A stretch of DNA of 64,000 nucleotides from the NCBI GenBank assembly GCA_963665235.2, contig CAXXLX010000001.1:1728001-1792000 (forward strand), given 5' to 3'. Below, in pieces: positions 39,997 to 49,827 of the stretch; the first letter of the stretch is position 1, and every line of letters begins with the position of its first letter. The notes beneath the pieces are model-generated. The model saw nothing but the letters and a program-made list of their open reading frames with translations, searched no databases and was not told where the DNA came from. Both the position numbers and the translations under genes were made by a program. The stretch comes from Candidatus Poribacteria bacterium. Its GTDB lineage: Bacteria > Poribacteria > WGA-4E > WGA-3G.

Positions 39997-42216
39997 TTAC
40001 CTTTGGATGTTGAGTTCTTGGATGCGACGTTGAATAGCAGCTTCAAAAGGATGGTACTTTTGCTGCTGTACCAATTTTAATGCGATTTGGAAATCCAACT
40101 TTGCTTCTGCAATATAATTTAGGCTCACCTTTGCTTCACCCAAGTTGATGTAAGCTTCTATATAATGAGGATTCAAATCGAGTGCCTTCTGAAGATCAGT
40201 AATAGCGTCGTGATATCTGCCTAGCATAGATTTTACAAGCCCTCGGTTGTTGTAAACTTTAGCAAATGTCGGCAGCAACTGTAGTGCTTGATCGTAGTCA
40301 GCAATAGCGGCTTCGTAATCCTCTAACTCGGAATTCAGATCGCCTCGATTCGCGTAAGCACCGGGGGACTCTGGTTTTAGACGGATAGCTTCGTTCAAGT
40401 CGGCAATAGCTTCTGCATATTCACCAAGTTCAATCTTCGCGCCCGCTCTGTTTTGGTAAGCCCCTGCAAGTTCAGGGTCTAGTCGGAGTGCCGTATCAAA
40501 ATCAGCAATGGCGGATTCGTTTTGACCGAGCAGCATTTTCGCCGTGCCTCGGTTGCAGTAAGTAACGGGAGAATCCGGTTGTAATTGAATAGCTTGAGTT
40601 AAATCAGCAACGGCCCCATCATGTTTACCAAGTACTGTTTTCGCCCGGCCACGACCAATGTAAGCATTGACAGAATCGGGTTTCAATTGGAGTGCCTCGT
40701 CATAACTAACAATGGCTTCCTCGTATCGCCCAAGCGTGTTCTTCACGTCGCCTCGATTGATGTATGCACTCACGAGATTTGGATTTAACCGAATTGCTTG
40801 ATCGAAGTCGCCAACCGCCTCTTCATATTGTCCAAGTAAATTTTTTGATACGCCTCGATTGTTAAAAGCACTGGCAAAATCCGGTTCAATCAGGATTGCT
40901 TTATCAAAATCAGCGATGGCGGCCTCATATCTAGCGAGTTTATTGTTAGCGTTCCCTCGATTGTAGTAAGCGTCAGCATAATTCGGCTCCAAATCGATTG
41001 CATGCCTAAAGTCAGCAATAGCAGCTTTATATTCTCCAAGCTCCCCCTTTATAGAACCTCGATTGTTATAGGCGAGTGCAAAAGTCGGATCTATACGAAC
41101 TGCCATATCGTAGTCTTCGATGGCGGCCTTCTGTTCGCTGCGCAGTGCCCTCAATCCGCCCCGGTTGTTGTAAGCATGGGCATCATTAGGATTGATGCCT
41201 ATCGCAGCATCATAGTCGGCAATCGCTTCAGCATATAACCCCTGCTGTTCCTTCGCAAGTGCTCTATTTCTGTAAGCGTCGGCATAATCTGGCTTAATGT
41301 GAATCGCCTCACTATAATCAGCGATCGCTCCCATATATTCACCCAAGTGCGCCTTCGCGTTTCCACGATTGGTATAAGCCATCGCCGAATTCGGGTCTAA
41401 CGCAATGGCTTTGTCCGCATCAGCAACAGCTGGTTTGTAAGATCCAAGTATACTGTTTACCGCACTCCGGTTTGTATAACTTGTCGCGGAATTAGGTTCT
41501 AACGCAATGACTTTATCAAAGTTATCAAGAGCCGCATGATACTTTTCAAGCATCTTCTTCGCGATTCCGATATTGTTGTACGCTGCGGCATAATCAGACT
41601 TCAAATGGAGAGCCTCTTCATAATCAACAATGGCTGCTTCAGGTAATTCACATTGTAATTTTGCATCGCCGCGTGCACAGTAGGCTTCTGTCAACTTTGG
41701 ATTTATCCGAATTGCCTCATCGTAGTCGCTAATTGCATCGCTGTATTTACCGAGTAGATAGTTCGCTAAGCCTCGGTTATAATAGGCTTTGCTATAATCT
41801 GGATTTAGTAAAATAGCCTTATTGTAATCAATAATAGAAATTTCATGTTGCTTAAGAGCATTCTTTGCAACACCCCGAGCATGGTAGACTTCAGCGGAGC
41901 TCGAGTTTAGAAGAATTGCTTCATCAAAATCGGCAATAGCGGACTTATATTGCCCAAGTAGCAATTTACTTAAGCCTCTTTTGTAGTGTGCGTCGACATA
42001 ATCCGGTTTTTGAGCGATAAGTAGATCGTAATGGGAAATTCTTTCTTCGAGTTTCTCTTTATCTTCCTTAGCTGGTTCAGATTCCATTTTGGCAAATCTG
42101 CGATTTAGGCTGACGGTATCAAACAGACCTACGGCCAATGGACCCAAAAACTCAATCTCATTTGCAAGAGCACACTTTGCAACTGTTAGGAATATATCGC
42201 GGATCCTGATGCGCAT
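39997..42216 (-). CDS. TPR repeat protein (~19 repeats)
   Basis: Regular AYxNRG...AIADYDxAIxLxP 34-aa repeats; TTGACA-17-TATAAT at 42352-42324. Confidence 0.93.
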   Translation of the reverse strand: MRIRIRDIFLTVAKCALANEIEFLGPLAVGLFDTVSLNRRFAKMESEPAKEDKEKLEERISHYDLLIAQKPDYVDAHYKRGLSKLLLGQYKSAIADFDEAILLNSSSAEVYHARGVAKNALKQHEISIIDYNKAILLNPDYSKAYYNRGLANYLLGKYSDAISDYDEAIRINPKLTEAYCARGDAKLQCELPEAAIVDYEEALHLKSDYAAAYNNIGIAKKMLEKYHAALDNFDKVIALEPNSATSYTNRSAVNSILGSYKPAVADADKAIALDPNSAMAYTNRGNAKAHLGEYMGAIADYSEAIHIKPDYADAYRNRALAKEQQGLYAEAIADYDAAIGINPNDAHAYNNRGGLRALRSEQKAAIEDYDMAVRIDPTFALAYNNRGSIKGELGEYKAAIADFRHAIDLEPNYADAYYNRGNANNKLARYEAAIADFDKAILIEPDFASAFNNRGVSKNLLGQYEEAVGDFDQAIRLNPNLVSAYINRGDVKNTLGRYEEAIVSYDEALQLKPDSVNAYIGRGRAKTVLGKHDGAVADLTQAIQLQPDSPVTYCNRGTAKMLLGQNESAIADFDTALRLDPELAGAYQNRAGAKIELGEYAEAIADLNEAIRLKPESPGAYANRGDLNSELEDYEAAIADYDQALQLLPTFAKVYNNRGLVKSMLGRYHDAITDLQKALDLNPHYIEAYINLGEAKVSLNYIAEAKLDFQIALKLVQQQKYHPFEAAIQRRIQELNIQR

Positions 42217-42395
42217 TCGTTTCTCCTGAATAAACTATCAAATAGACTAACGGGTGGAATCCCTAAAATCCTGAAGATAGGCATGCCTGCAATTTTTAGC
42301 ACTCGGAGTAAATACATAGGATTATTATAACATACAACAGATAACGTGTCAAAGAAGATAATTCTTCAATTCTTCACAAACGGTGAGGGAGGCAC

Positions 42396-43673
42396 TTACA
42401 TGAGAAAAATGAGAACGCCAAATATCGGGATTAAGGCAATCAATACCTTTACCTCAAGTAAGCACTTCCTATATCTTTGAACGGGGGAATTTTCTCCTGT
42501 CGATTTTTCCAAAAATCTGATTCGCCGTTCAAGGGATGGATGCGTATTGAAAATCTCAAGAACAAAACGCGCTAACTTCGGAAGTGAACTGAAAAATCCA
42601 AGGTTTGCTAAGGCGGATTTAAAAACCTCCGGAGCGTTGGTCAGATCTGCAGCGTACAAATCCGCTTGATGTTCAAAACGCCGAGACAGGTAATTAAAGA
42701 AAACGACAAAATAGAACACAAAAAAGAGAATTGAAACAGTGGATAAAAGAATTGGCGCGTCCCATAGGAGTACTTCCAGCGGTTGGACGATTAACTGGTA
42801 AAAGAGCAGATAACTCACTAAATAACCGAACGCGAGAAAAAAGGAGATCAGAAGATGTCTATGGCGGATGTGTCCGATTTCATGGGCGACAATTGTCTCA
42901 ATCTGTTCATCTGTAAAATTACGTAAGAGCGCATCTGTTATAAAGATTTTACGGTTCCGGGGGAGTATTCCCGCTACGGCTGCGTTTGACATAGAAAATT
43001 CGCCAGTTTGCCATACCGCAATATCTCGATATTTCATTCCGCTCCGTTCTGTCAACTGCGCTAATTTTTGCTTCAGTACTGTATTTGTTAGCGGAACCGT
43101 TTTCCACAGAAATTGCATCAGTAGAGGGGAGAGGATGTGCGGAAGCGCGAACAGCGGTACAAGCATCCCGAGCAGAAAAAGACCTCGTACGCTTTCTGGA
43201 AGCAGGTGCGTAAAGTCTTGCACCACATTCAACATAATGAGCGGTATCAGGGGGATGAATAAAAACCTGAAATGGAAGTTGTGAGATTCCCATCGCCGCG
43301 CCCGCCTGGTTCGCCTTCCCTCATGCATAGCGATTCGGATACCAAGTAAACCGATGAAGAGCGGGAGTAGCGATAGAAGATCGCGTGAATGATGCACCAT
43401 CTCCAAAAAGGCTAAATGTTTATTGATGAATATAGGCAGGTTCAACTTGTACAGGGTATACACGTAACATGCTACACTCAAGATTTCAAAAGGAAGTGTA
43501 GCACGTAAGGAGGTTAATCGCCTTGTCAGATAGGCGAGAAACATAGGTGCTGCGGTAAGTATGCATGTCCCGAAGATGATATACGCGCTATTGAATTCAA
43601 CCTCTGTTTGAGGGGGTTCATAGCGAATTAGGAATACGAGTCCTGCGATTAGAACGATGCTGGCGCGTCCCAT
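42396..43673 (-). CDS. M48 family membrane zinc metalloprotease
   Basis: AHEIGH, SRRFEHQAD, THPSLERRI; multiple TM helices. Confidence 0.9.
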   Translation of the reverse strand: MGRASIVLIAGLVFLIRYEPPQTEVEFNSAYIIFGTCILTAAPMFLAYLTRRLTSLRATLPFEILSVACYVYTLYKLNLPIFINKHLAFLEMVHHSRDLLSLLPLFIGLLGIRIAMHEGRRTRRARRWESHNFHFRFLFIPLIPLIMLNVVQDFTHLLPESVRGLFLLGMLVPLFALPHILSPLLMQFLWKTVPLTNTVLKQKLAQLTERSGMKYRDIAVWQTGEFSMSNAAVAGILPRNRKIFITDALLRNFTDEQIETIVAHEIGHIRHRHLLISFFLAFGYLVSYLLFYQLIVQPLEVLLWDAPILLSTVSILFFVFYFVVFFNYLSRRFEHQADLYAADLTNAPEVFKSALANLGFFSSLPKLARFVLEIFNTHPSLERRIRFLEKSTGENSPVQRYRKCLLEVKVLIALIPIFGVLIFLM

Positions 43674-43998
43674 GAGTTGTCTTCAATCCTTTCTCGAACA
43701 TGGCCACAAAAAAAACGTGAGGTGCTCTCTTTCGTAATTACCTGATATTCTACAGAAAATAACAAAAGAAGTCAAGCGATTTTTGTGAAGAGCTCAGGGG
43801 TCATTTAGTTTTACAGATTCACATATACACATATATATGTATATCTTCTTCTGTAGGAGCGTGCTTCGCAAGCGATAGCTTTCTAGATAGGCGGATATTT
43901 CTTAAACTCCGCGTCTTCCGCGTTCTCCGCGATAATCCGCGATTCAGACAAAAAAACGCTAAAACTATAATCCCAAAACTTTGATTGTTACACATCTT

Positions 43999-44118
43999 AT
44001 ACCATTTTTATTAATTATTCTATCATTACCGGTTGTTAGAAATGAAACGGAGAACGGAAGACCCAAACTAAAAGTTTATGCTACAATAAAGAGCACAAAC
44101 TGGAAGTTTATGCTACAA
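43999..44118 (+). repeat. REP-like family B (GCACAAACTGGAAGTTTATGCTACAA)
   Basis: Copies at 4422-4505, two here, and inverted at ~55945-55972. Confidence 0.75.
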
Positions 44119-44402
44119 TCCGGGGACCATGCAGGTCTATAGCTTGTCCCCCAATTCGGTGTGAGATTTCGTGATTCTCCGTTCTTAACAGTAGTAAGCC
44201 AAATTTCACTACCTTCAAACCCAATGTTCAAACCTGATGGTAGGAAACGTTCAGATATCCGCCTTGCTTGATGTCTACGATAATTCTGAACGACAACAGC
44301 AAGCTGATTGCCATCGGGTGAAGCAGCAATTGAATGAGAACGAGAGACAAGTTCTAGGCAAAGAATATCATTAATACTCTCCCGCATATCGGTATACTTC
44401 AT
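44076..44402 (-). pseudogene. Truncated TolB-like/S9-peptidase N-terminal fragment
   Basis: AASPDGNQLAV...NLTPNWGTSYRPAWSPD, then the frame runs into the family-B repeat; AGGAGG RBS. Confidence 0.55.
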
Positions 44403-44431
44403 CATTTCCTCCTTTATCAAGTCTTCCGCTA

Positions 44432-44890
44432 CAAAACCGCCGTGCTTTAGCTGGGGGATGTAGTAGGAACATAAGCTTATGTTTTTAATTTGACTTTTGC
44501 ATTAAAATGTGGTATAATATATATATCATCAGTGGTTCGGATTACCACCTTCAACGCCACCAATGTTGAAGTTCCGAACCTCAACCTATGGTAGGGTTGT
44601 GTGCTGATGTTCTGGCGATACCCAGTCAATATCCACATTTTTGTGCAATGCTTTCGGTATCCAAAAGACGGGTCATGCTGCATTGGATACCAAAGCACTG
44701 ATTCACAAGCATAAAGAAGGTGCGAAGCACGAGGGCAGGGCATTGTCCTTTGAGTTAGGGGCAGTAAGACTTGGAACAGCCCAAGCATCTCCGTTGACGT
44801 TCACACGTCTGAAAACCACAATCCAATAGCTAACGCGTAGCGGAACTTTTTAAAAGAATCTCCCTTGCTTTAGCTGGGAGAGTATGTCAA
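44432..44890 (+). mobile_element. Non-autonomous IS200/IS605-family remnant (tnpB deleted; LE and RE retained)
   Basis: LE CAAAACCGCCGTGCTTTAGCTGGGGGATG; RE GAATCTCCCTTGCTTTAGCTGGGAGAGTATGTCAA; residual TnpB-tail-like peptide EGRALSFELGAVR. Confidence 0.75.
44490..44518 (+). promoter_or_regulatory. Strong sigma70 promoter inside IS remnant
   Basis: TTGACT-17-TATAAT with extended TG. Confidence 0.7.
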
Positions 44891-44913
44891 TCCTACAAAT
44901 GGGTCTTCAAAAG

Positions 44914-46938
44914 TCATATATTTGCGATTCTCTGCCAATCCCACAAGAGAATTGTGCCATCGTATTCACTGCTGCTTGCAAGGAGTGTGCCATCAGGAGA
45001 GAATCTCAATTCCTCAACCCACCCTATATGGGCGGTCAATGTGGATAAAAGGGTGCCGGTAGAGACGTTCCACATTTCAATTTTTTCGAATCCACCACCT
45101 ACAAGGATATGTCCATCCGGCGAAAATGTTAACCCTGCTATCAAATTGAATTTAACGCCTTGTAGTCGGTTTAGGTGCACGTAGGTGTCGCCTGTATCGT
45201 CGAGTCGGAAGATGTTAGCACCATTTGCGAAGGTTTTCCCATCCGATGAAAATGCTAATGCCAGTCTACGTTTTTCTTCTCCTTCAAAAGTAGCGAGCTC
45301 GGTGTTCGTGGATACATCCCACAGGCGAACGGTCCCGTCGGCATTCGCGCTTGCCAATGTTCTGCTATCCGGTGCGAATACTAATCTATAAAACGCCTTC
45401 GTGTGTCCGTGAAGTGGTGGCAACGCGCGACGATTTGTTACATCCCATAGGCATATACTCCCGTCACTATATCCTCTCGCTAAGAGTCTGTTATCTGGGG
45501 AAAGAACTATGTTCCATGCAGATACTTCGCTCGGTTCGCCGTTTTCATTTCTCGCTTTAAGTACAGACAAAAACTGTTTTGTTGTGCCATCCCACAAGCG
45601 TATAGTTTGGTCTATACTTTCAGTAGCGATGAGAATTCCATCAGGTGATATGGCGGAGTAGATGTTTGCATTAAATTCCTCATCGGTTATTTCGGTAGAC
45701 CGTTGTTTACCGGTATCGGTATCCCACACAGAAACGGTTGTGGCTCCAAGGTTCAAACTGATGCTTGTCAGGGTTGTGTCAGTTCGTGAAAAAGCGAACG
45801 TTTGTACGCTGCCTACATGTTGCGTAAGGGTTAATTTTTCGAGGCGGGTCTTTATATCCCAAACACGAACTGTTCCATCGGCACTTGCACTTGCCACGGT
45901 TTTCCCATCAGGCGAAAATGCGATACCCCGGAATCTAAAATGTTCGGCATGTCCCCAGAAGACATCGGTGTGTCTTGCGACAATAGCATCCCAGGCACGC
46001 AGGACTCTTGAAAATGGACTATCCGTTCGGACGTTCCATAGCTGCATTACACCGTATCCGTCCCCGCTTGCTATACGAGTGCCATCAGGTGAGAATACTA
46101 AGGGATAGAGGCGGGTTGAAGTTTTTAACTTTGAAAAGAGCTTTCCGGTTTCTATGTCCCAGAGCTGAATTTGTTCGGAATTTGTCGTTGCGATGGTTTT
46201 GCCATCAGGTGAAAATGCTACCGCAGAAATAGGTTTCGTCGAAGCGGGGCGCAAGGTAGTCACTTGATGCCCTGTATTGATATCCCATAATTCAACTGCA
46301 TACGCACTTTCATGGTTAGATTCACCGACACTCGCGAGAAACCGTCCATCTGCTGAGAGGGTTAGCATCAATCCTGGAGACCCCTGATTATGCGTCAGAT
46401 CTACAACGTTTTCCTGATGTGTGTTATCTGTGGGGTTCCATATTGAAATTTCTTCACACCATTCGGATGTCCCGCCTGCAATAACGAGTTCTGCCCCATC
46501 TGCTGTGAAGGCTAACGTTTTAATTTCTTTCCATTTGCCTACGAAAGCTGATAAAGAGGTGCCTGTTTCCATATCCCACAATCGTACCGCACTTTCAGTC
46601 CCCTGGTATTCAGTTTCGCCAGTTGCAAGCGTTGTGCCATCGGGTGAAAATGCTAACACATTGACTTTTTTGGGGTGCGGAATCAGTGCGATTTCTTTAC
46701 CTGTCTGTGCGTCATAGTGCCAGATTCCGATAGAAGTTGCAACGATTAATTGTGTGCCATCGGGGGAGAATTTTATATCGTGGAGCTCGCCTTTACCTAA
46801 ACGTGCAGTGGCACCTTCGGGAAGATGCCACTGTCTGTAGTTCGGTATGACCGATGCTGAGAGGGTTTCGTCTTTTTTAGCGTTTATTGGCATTTTTGAC
46901 TCGTTTAGAGATGTGGAGGCTTTGCTAGAGACATTCAA
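44914..46938 (-). CDS. WD40 repeat protein
   Basis: WHLPEGATARLGKG N-motif; many FSPDG...ASxxxDGTVRxWD repeats. Confidence 0.93.
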   Translation of the reverse strand: MNVSSKASTSLNESKMPINAKKDETLSASVIPNYRQWHLPEGATARLGKGELHDIKFSPDGTQLIVATSIGIWHYDAQTGKEIALIPHPKKVNVLAFSPDGTTLATGETEYQGTESAVRLWDMETGTSLSAFVGKWKEIKTLAFTADGAELVIAGGTSEWCEEISIWNPTDNTHQENVVDLTHNQGSPGLMLTLSADGRFLASVGESNHESAYAVELWDINTGHQVTTLRPASTKPISAVAFSPDGKTIATTNSEQIQLWDIETGKLFSKLKTSTRLYPLVFSPDGTRIASGDGYGVMQLWNVRTDSPFSRVLRAWDAIVARHTDVFWGHAEHFRFRGIAFSPDGKTVASASADGTVRVWDIKTRLEKLTLTQHVGSVQTFAFSRTDTTLTSISLNLGATTVSVWDTDTGKQRSTEITDEEFNANIYSAISPDGILIATESIDQTIRLWDGTTKQFLSVLKARNENGEPSEVSAWNIVLSPDNRLLARGYSDGSICLWDVTNRRALPPLHGHTKAFYRLVFAPDSRTLASANADGTVRLWDVSTNTELATFEGEEKRRLALAFSSDGKTFANGANIFRLDDTGDTYVHLNRLQGVKFNLIAGLTFSPDGHILVGGGFEKIEMWNVSTGTLLSTLTAHIGWVEELRFSPDGTLLASSSEYDGTILLWDWQRIANI

Positions 46939-47493
46939 TTACTCGGCAGCCTCCTCTATAGCCATGTTAATGATAACGCCTTTTACGCTAATCGGTTGGT
47001 CGGAGATGTGAATAATTTGTCCGCCCGAAATATAGTGCTGATGGTAAACGCCTTTCGTATCCCACCAATATAGGTAGGGGATGGATGTGCCATACGTGCC
47101 ATCATCTTGGACGACTTCGCTTGTGACCATTCCTTCCTGTCCAGCGGAGAATCCGGGCCGTCTCCGTTCCCCGCTCGCGCCAACGACGACAGATGTTGGC
47201 GATAACCGCTTTCCGCTGCTTGTCACTTTTCCTCGGACTGTGGAATAGACGAGGGTTTGACCACTGTAGGCAGAGATTACGTAAAGATGTTTGATGCTTC
47301 CGATTTTGTTATCCATTAGCAACCGGTCACGGATATTTTGTTGCTCGACAGTGATGCCTTCGGCGTTTACGGGAACTTGAACCTGCGTAGGTTTTACCCC
47401 GGAACTGGAAACGGGTTGACGTGGTTCAGAACATCCGCTGAAAACACATAAGAGACCGGTCAGAACTGCAATTAAATAGACGGTATATCTCAT
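46939..47493 (-). CDS. Hypothetical lipoprotein
   Basis: AGGAG RBS, MRYTV...VFSGC lipobox; VRGKVTSSGKRL, DDGTYG motifs. Confidence 0.75.
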   Translation of the reverse strand: MRYTVYLIAVLTGLLCVFSGCSEPRQPVSSSGVKPTQVQVPVNAEGITVEQQNIRDRLLMDNKIGSIKHLYVISAYSGQTLVYSTVRGKVTSSGKRLSPTSVVVGASGERRRPGFSAGQEGMVTSEVVQDDGTYGTSIPYLYWWDTKGVYHQHYISGGQIIHISDQPISVKGVIINMAIEEAAE

Positions 47494-47501
47494 AATTTCT
47501 C

Positions 47502-47954
47502 CTATTTTTCCTGATAGGGTTTGAATTCCCGTGGCAGGGGGGTTTCTGCCCCTTCTGGCAATTGTCCTACATTTGTAAATCGCCAATTGAATTTCGCCAT
47601 CTGTGCGTTATAATCCGCTGCGAGCGTGTTGTAGCTTGCCTTAATACCAGCGACCTCGGATTGCCAGAGATTGTATTGTTCCCTATCTTCCCGTGGCCAT
47701 TCTTTGCGAGACAGGTCTTCATAGTCTTTATCCATTGTGGTAATACGGGTTTGATAGACCTTAATATCTGCCCGTTTTTTATCAAGTTGACTTGAGGCAT
47801 CTTTGAACCACTCATACTTTCGTAGAAGTTCTTTGGGTCCAAGTTCTTCCTGGGCGACCTCTTTCGCTTCACGAAACCAATCGCATCCGCCGCATCCGCT
47901 TAGGAGAATGAGGGCAAGAATGGCGATGTAATTTAATTTCACAGATGTTCTCAT
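47502..47954 (-). CDS. Hypothetical lipoprotein, helical
   Basis: LLSGC lipobox; KYEWFK, YNAQMAK motifs. Confidence 0.75.
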   Translation of the reverse strand: MRTSVKLNYIAILALILLSGCGGCDWFREAKEVAQEELGPKELLRKYEWFKDASSQLDKKRADIKVYQTRITTMDKDYEDLSRKEWPREDREQYNLWQSEVAGIKASYNTLAADYNAQMAKFNWRFTNVGQLPEGAETPLPREFKPYQEK

Positions 47955-47987
47955 ATCTTTTTACTCCAATCGGTTGTATATGTAAAT

Positions 47988-48152
47988 AGGACTTACGCAC
48001 CTGAAGACTATAGGCATAATCGGAGACCTTCTCCATATACCGCATAACACAAATCGCATAAGTTGGGGTTTGTATGCGTAAGTCTCGTGTTATTTGGTTA
48101 TTAGAGTCTACTCAGCTGTAAAAAGATAGTAAAAAATTCATGCTATAAACAT
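47988..48152. mobile_element. MITE-like repeat (AGGACTTACGCA...TGCGTAAGTC) plus conserved tail, copy 1
   Basis: Closely similar to 56096-56278; terminal inverted repeats. Confidence 0.65.
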
Positions 48153-48293
48153 ATAGCGATTGGCAATTAGCAATTGGCAATTGGCAATTGGCAATTGGCA
48201 AGAGGGTTTGAAGGGAAACAGGTCTCTGAAGCGCGTCAGAGTCCTCTTTCCCTTGCCAATAACCATAAGCCAACAGCCATAAAAGGGTTGAGA

Positions 48294-49673
48294 TTATTCT
48301 GCGATGCAGTAGAGATATTGACTGCCGCGCAGGTATAATTCAGAACCGACAATGGCAGGCGATGCATTGAAACTATCGTCGAGTGTGTTTACCGCAAGGA
48401 CTTCAAACTCAGGGCCGTGCTGAACAACAGCTACAGCACCGTTCCGACTTGCTATATAAACGCGGTCAGCAGCCCCGACGATTGAAGCATAGATGCCGTT
48501 TATACCGTTTACCCTTTTAGGCCCGTAATATGGCGTGCCTGTGGCTGTGTTAACAGCTGTGAGGACGTTGTTGCCCTTGAGGAAGTATAGAATACCCTCA
48601 TGTAGGAGTGGTGAAGGCACATAGGGTGTGTCGCGGAGGTATTCCCAAGCAATCGCTTCTTCGGAGCCGGTAATATCGCCTTCGGCATTTGCAAGGTTGA
48701 TAGCTTGCAATGCTGCACTTCTGAACCCGCTAATGAGGTATACAAATCCATCGTCGGCTACAGGTGTAGGGATAACATTTCCGGTCATACCGCCACATTC
48801 CCATAACATGTCGCCGTTTTCCAAATCATAGCTGCGTGAGCGATTTGTAGCAGCCACGATAACCTGTGCTTTGCCATCGCGTTCGACAATAATAGGGGAT
48901 GTCCATGTGGTACGTTCATCGCGGTCAATTTTCCAGAGTTCATCGCCGGTGCGTTTATCCAAGGCGGTGATGTAGGAGGGCCCCTCATGGTCTTGGAGGA
49001 TGACGATTGTGTTCCCGTGGATGATGGGGCAGCTGCCTTCGCCGAAGGTATTCCGTTTGCGCATTTGGCCGATATCCTTGTCCCACTTGATATTGCCCTT
49101 CATATCCAAGCAGTAAAGTCCGCGAGACCCGAAATATGCGTAGATGTGTTCACCATCAGTGACTGGGGAATTTGAAGCGAAGCTTGCTGTACTGTGTATT
49201 CCTTCATGCGGTGCAACTTCACGGAGCGTTTTTTGCCATATAATGTCTCCGTTAGTACGGTTATACGCAATCAGCTCAAATTTATAGGTAGGAAGCGGAC
49301 CGCCGCCTCTTCTGCGTCTTCTTCTGCGTCCAGAGTCTTCGGCGGGTGCTGCCTCTTCTGTGTTCTCAGGCATTTGCCCTTTAATAGCGGTTTGGACGAA
49401 GATTTTATCTTCCCAAATAATGGGTGTGGCATGTCCGGTTCCGGGGATGGGCACTTTCCAACGGACGTTTTCGGTTTCGCTCCAGGTAGTGGGCGGGTTC
49501 GCATTAGCGGCTGCCCCTGTCATATCGGGCCCGCGCCAATGGTGCCAATTTTGTTCTAAATTAGGGGTTTGTTTTGTCTTAGTGGCGTGCTGATCGGCGG
49601 TGGTTTGTGAGTTATAGAGTGCGACCATCGCCAAAGCACAGATACATAGTGCCACGAGTGCAATTCTTTTCAT
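48294..49673 (-). CDS. PQQ-like beta-propeller (BamB-like) secreted protein
   Basis: Signal peptide; NWHHWRGP, WSETENVRWK, ASPAI. Confidence 0.9.
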   Translation of the reverse strand: MKRIALVALCICALAMVALYNSQTTADQHATKTKQTPNLEQNWHHWRGPDMTGAAANANPPTTWSETENVRWKVPIPGTGHATPIIWEDKIFVQTAIKGQMPENTEEAAPAEDSGRRRRRRRGGGPLPTYKFELIAYNRTNGDIIWQKTLREVAPHEGIHSTASFASNSPVTDGEHIYAYFGSRGLYCLDMKGNIKWDKDIGQMRKRNTFGEGSCPIIHGNTIVILQDHEGPSYITALDKRTGDELWKIDRDERTTWTSPIIVERDGKAQVIVAATNRSRSYDLENGDMLWECGGMTGNVIPTPVADDGFVYLISGFRSAALQAINLANAEGDITGSEEAIAWEYLRDTPYVPSPLLHEGILYFLKGNNVLTAVNTATGTPYYGPKRVNGINGIYASIVGAADRVYIASRNGAVAVVQHGPEFEVLAVNTLDDSFNASPAIVGSELYLRGSQYLYCIAE

Positions 49674-49827
49674 CTTTTTGTCTCCTTTTAATTAGCGATT
49701 AGCGATTAGCGTGTTAGCAGTCAGCAGTTAGCGAATAGCAAGAGGTTGTGATTATAAACAGACATCTGAAGTGCATCAGACATTTCTTGCTAATAGCCAA
49801 TAGCCAATAGCCAATAGCCAATTAGGT

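Noticed and set aside
44641-44829. Functional TnpB
   Set aside because: Only 62 aa; no RuvC or zinc-finger motifs
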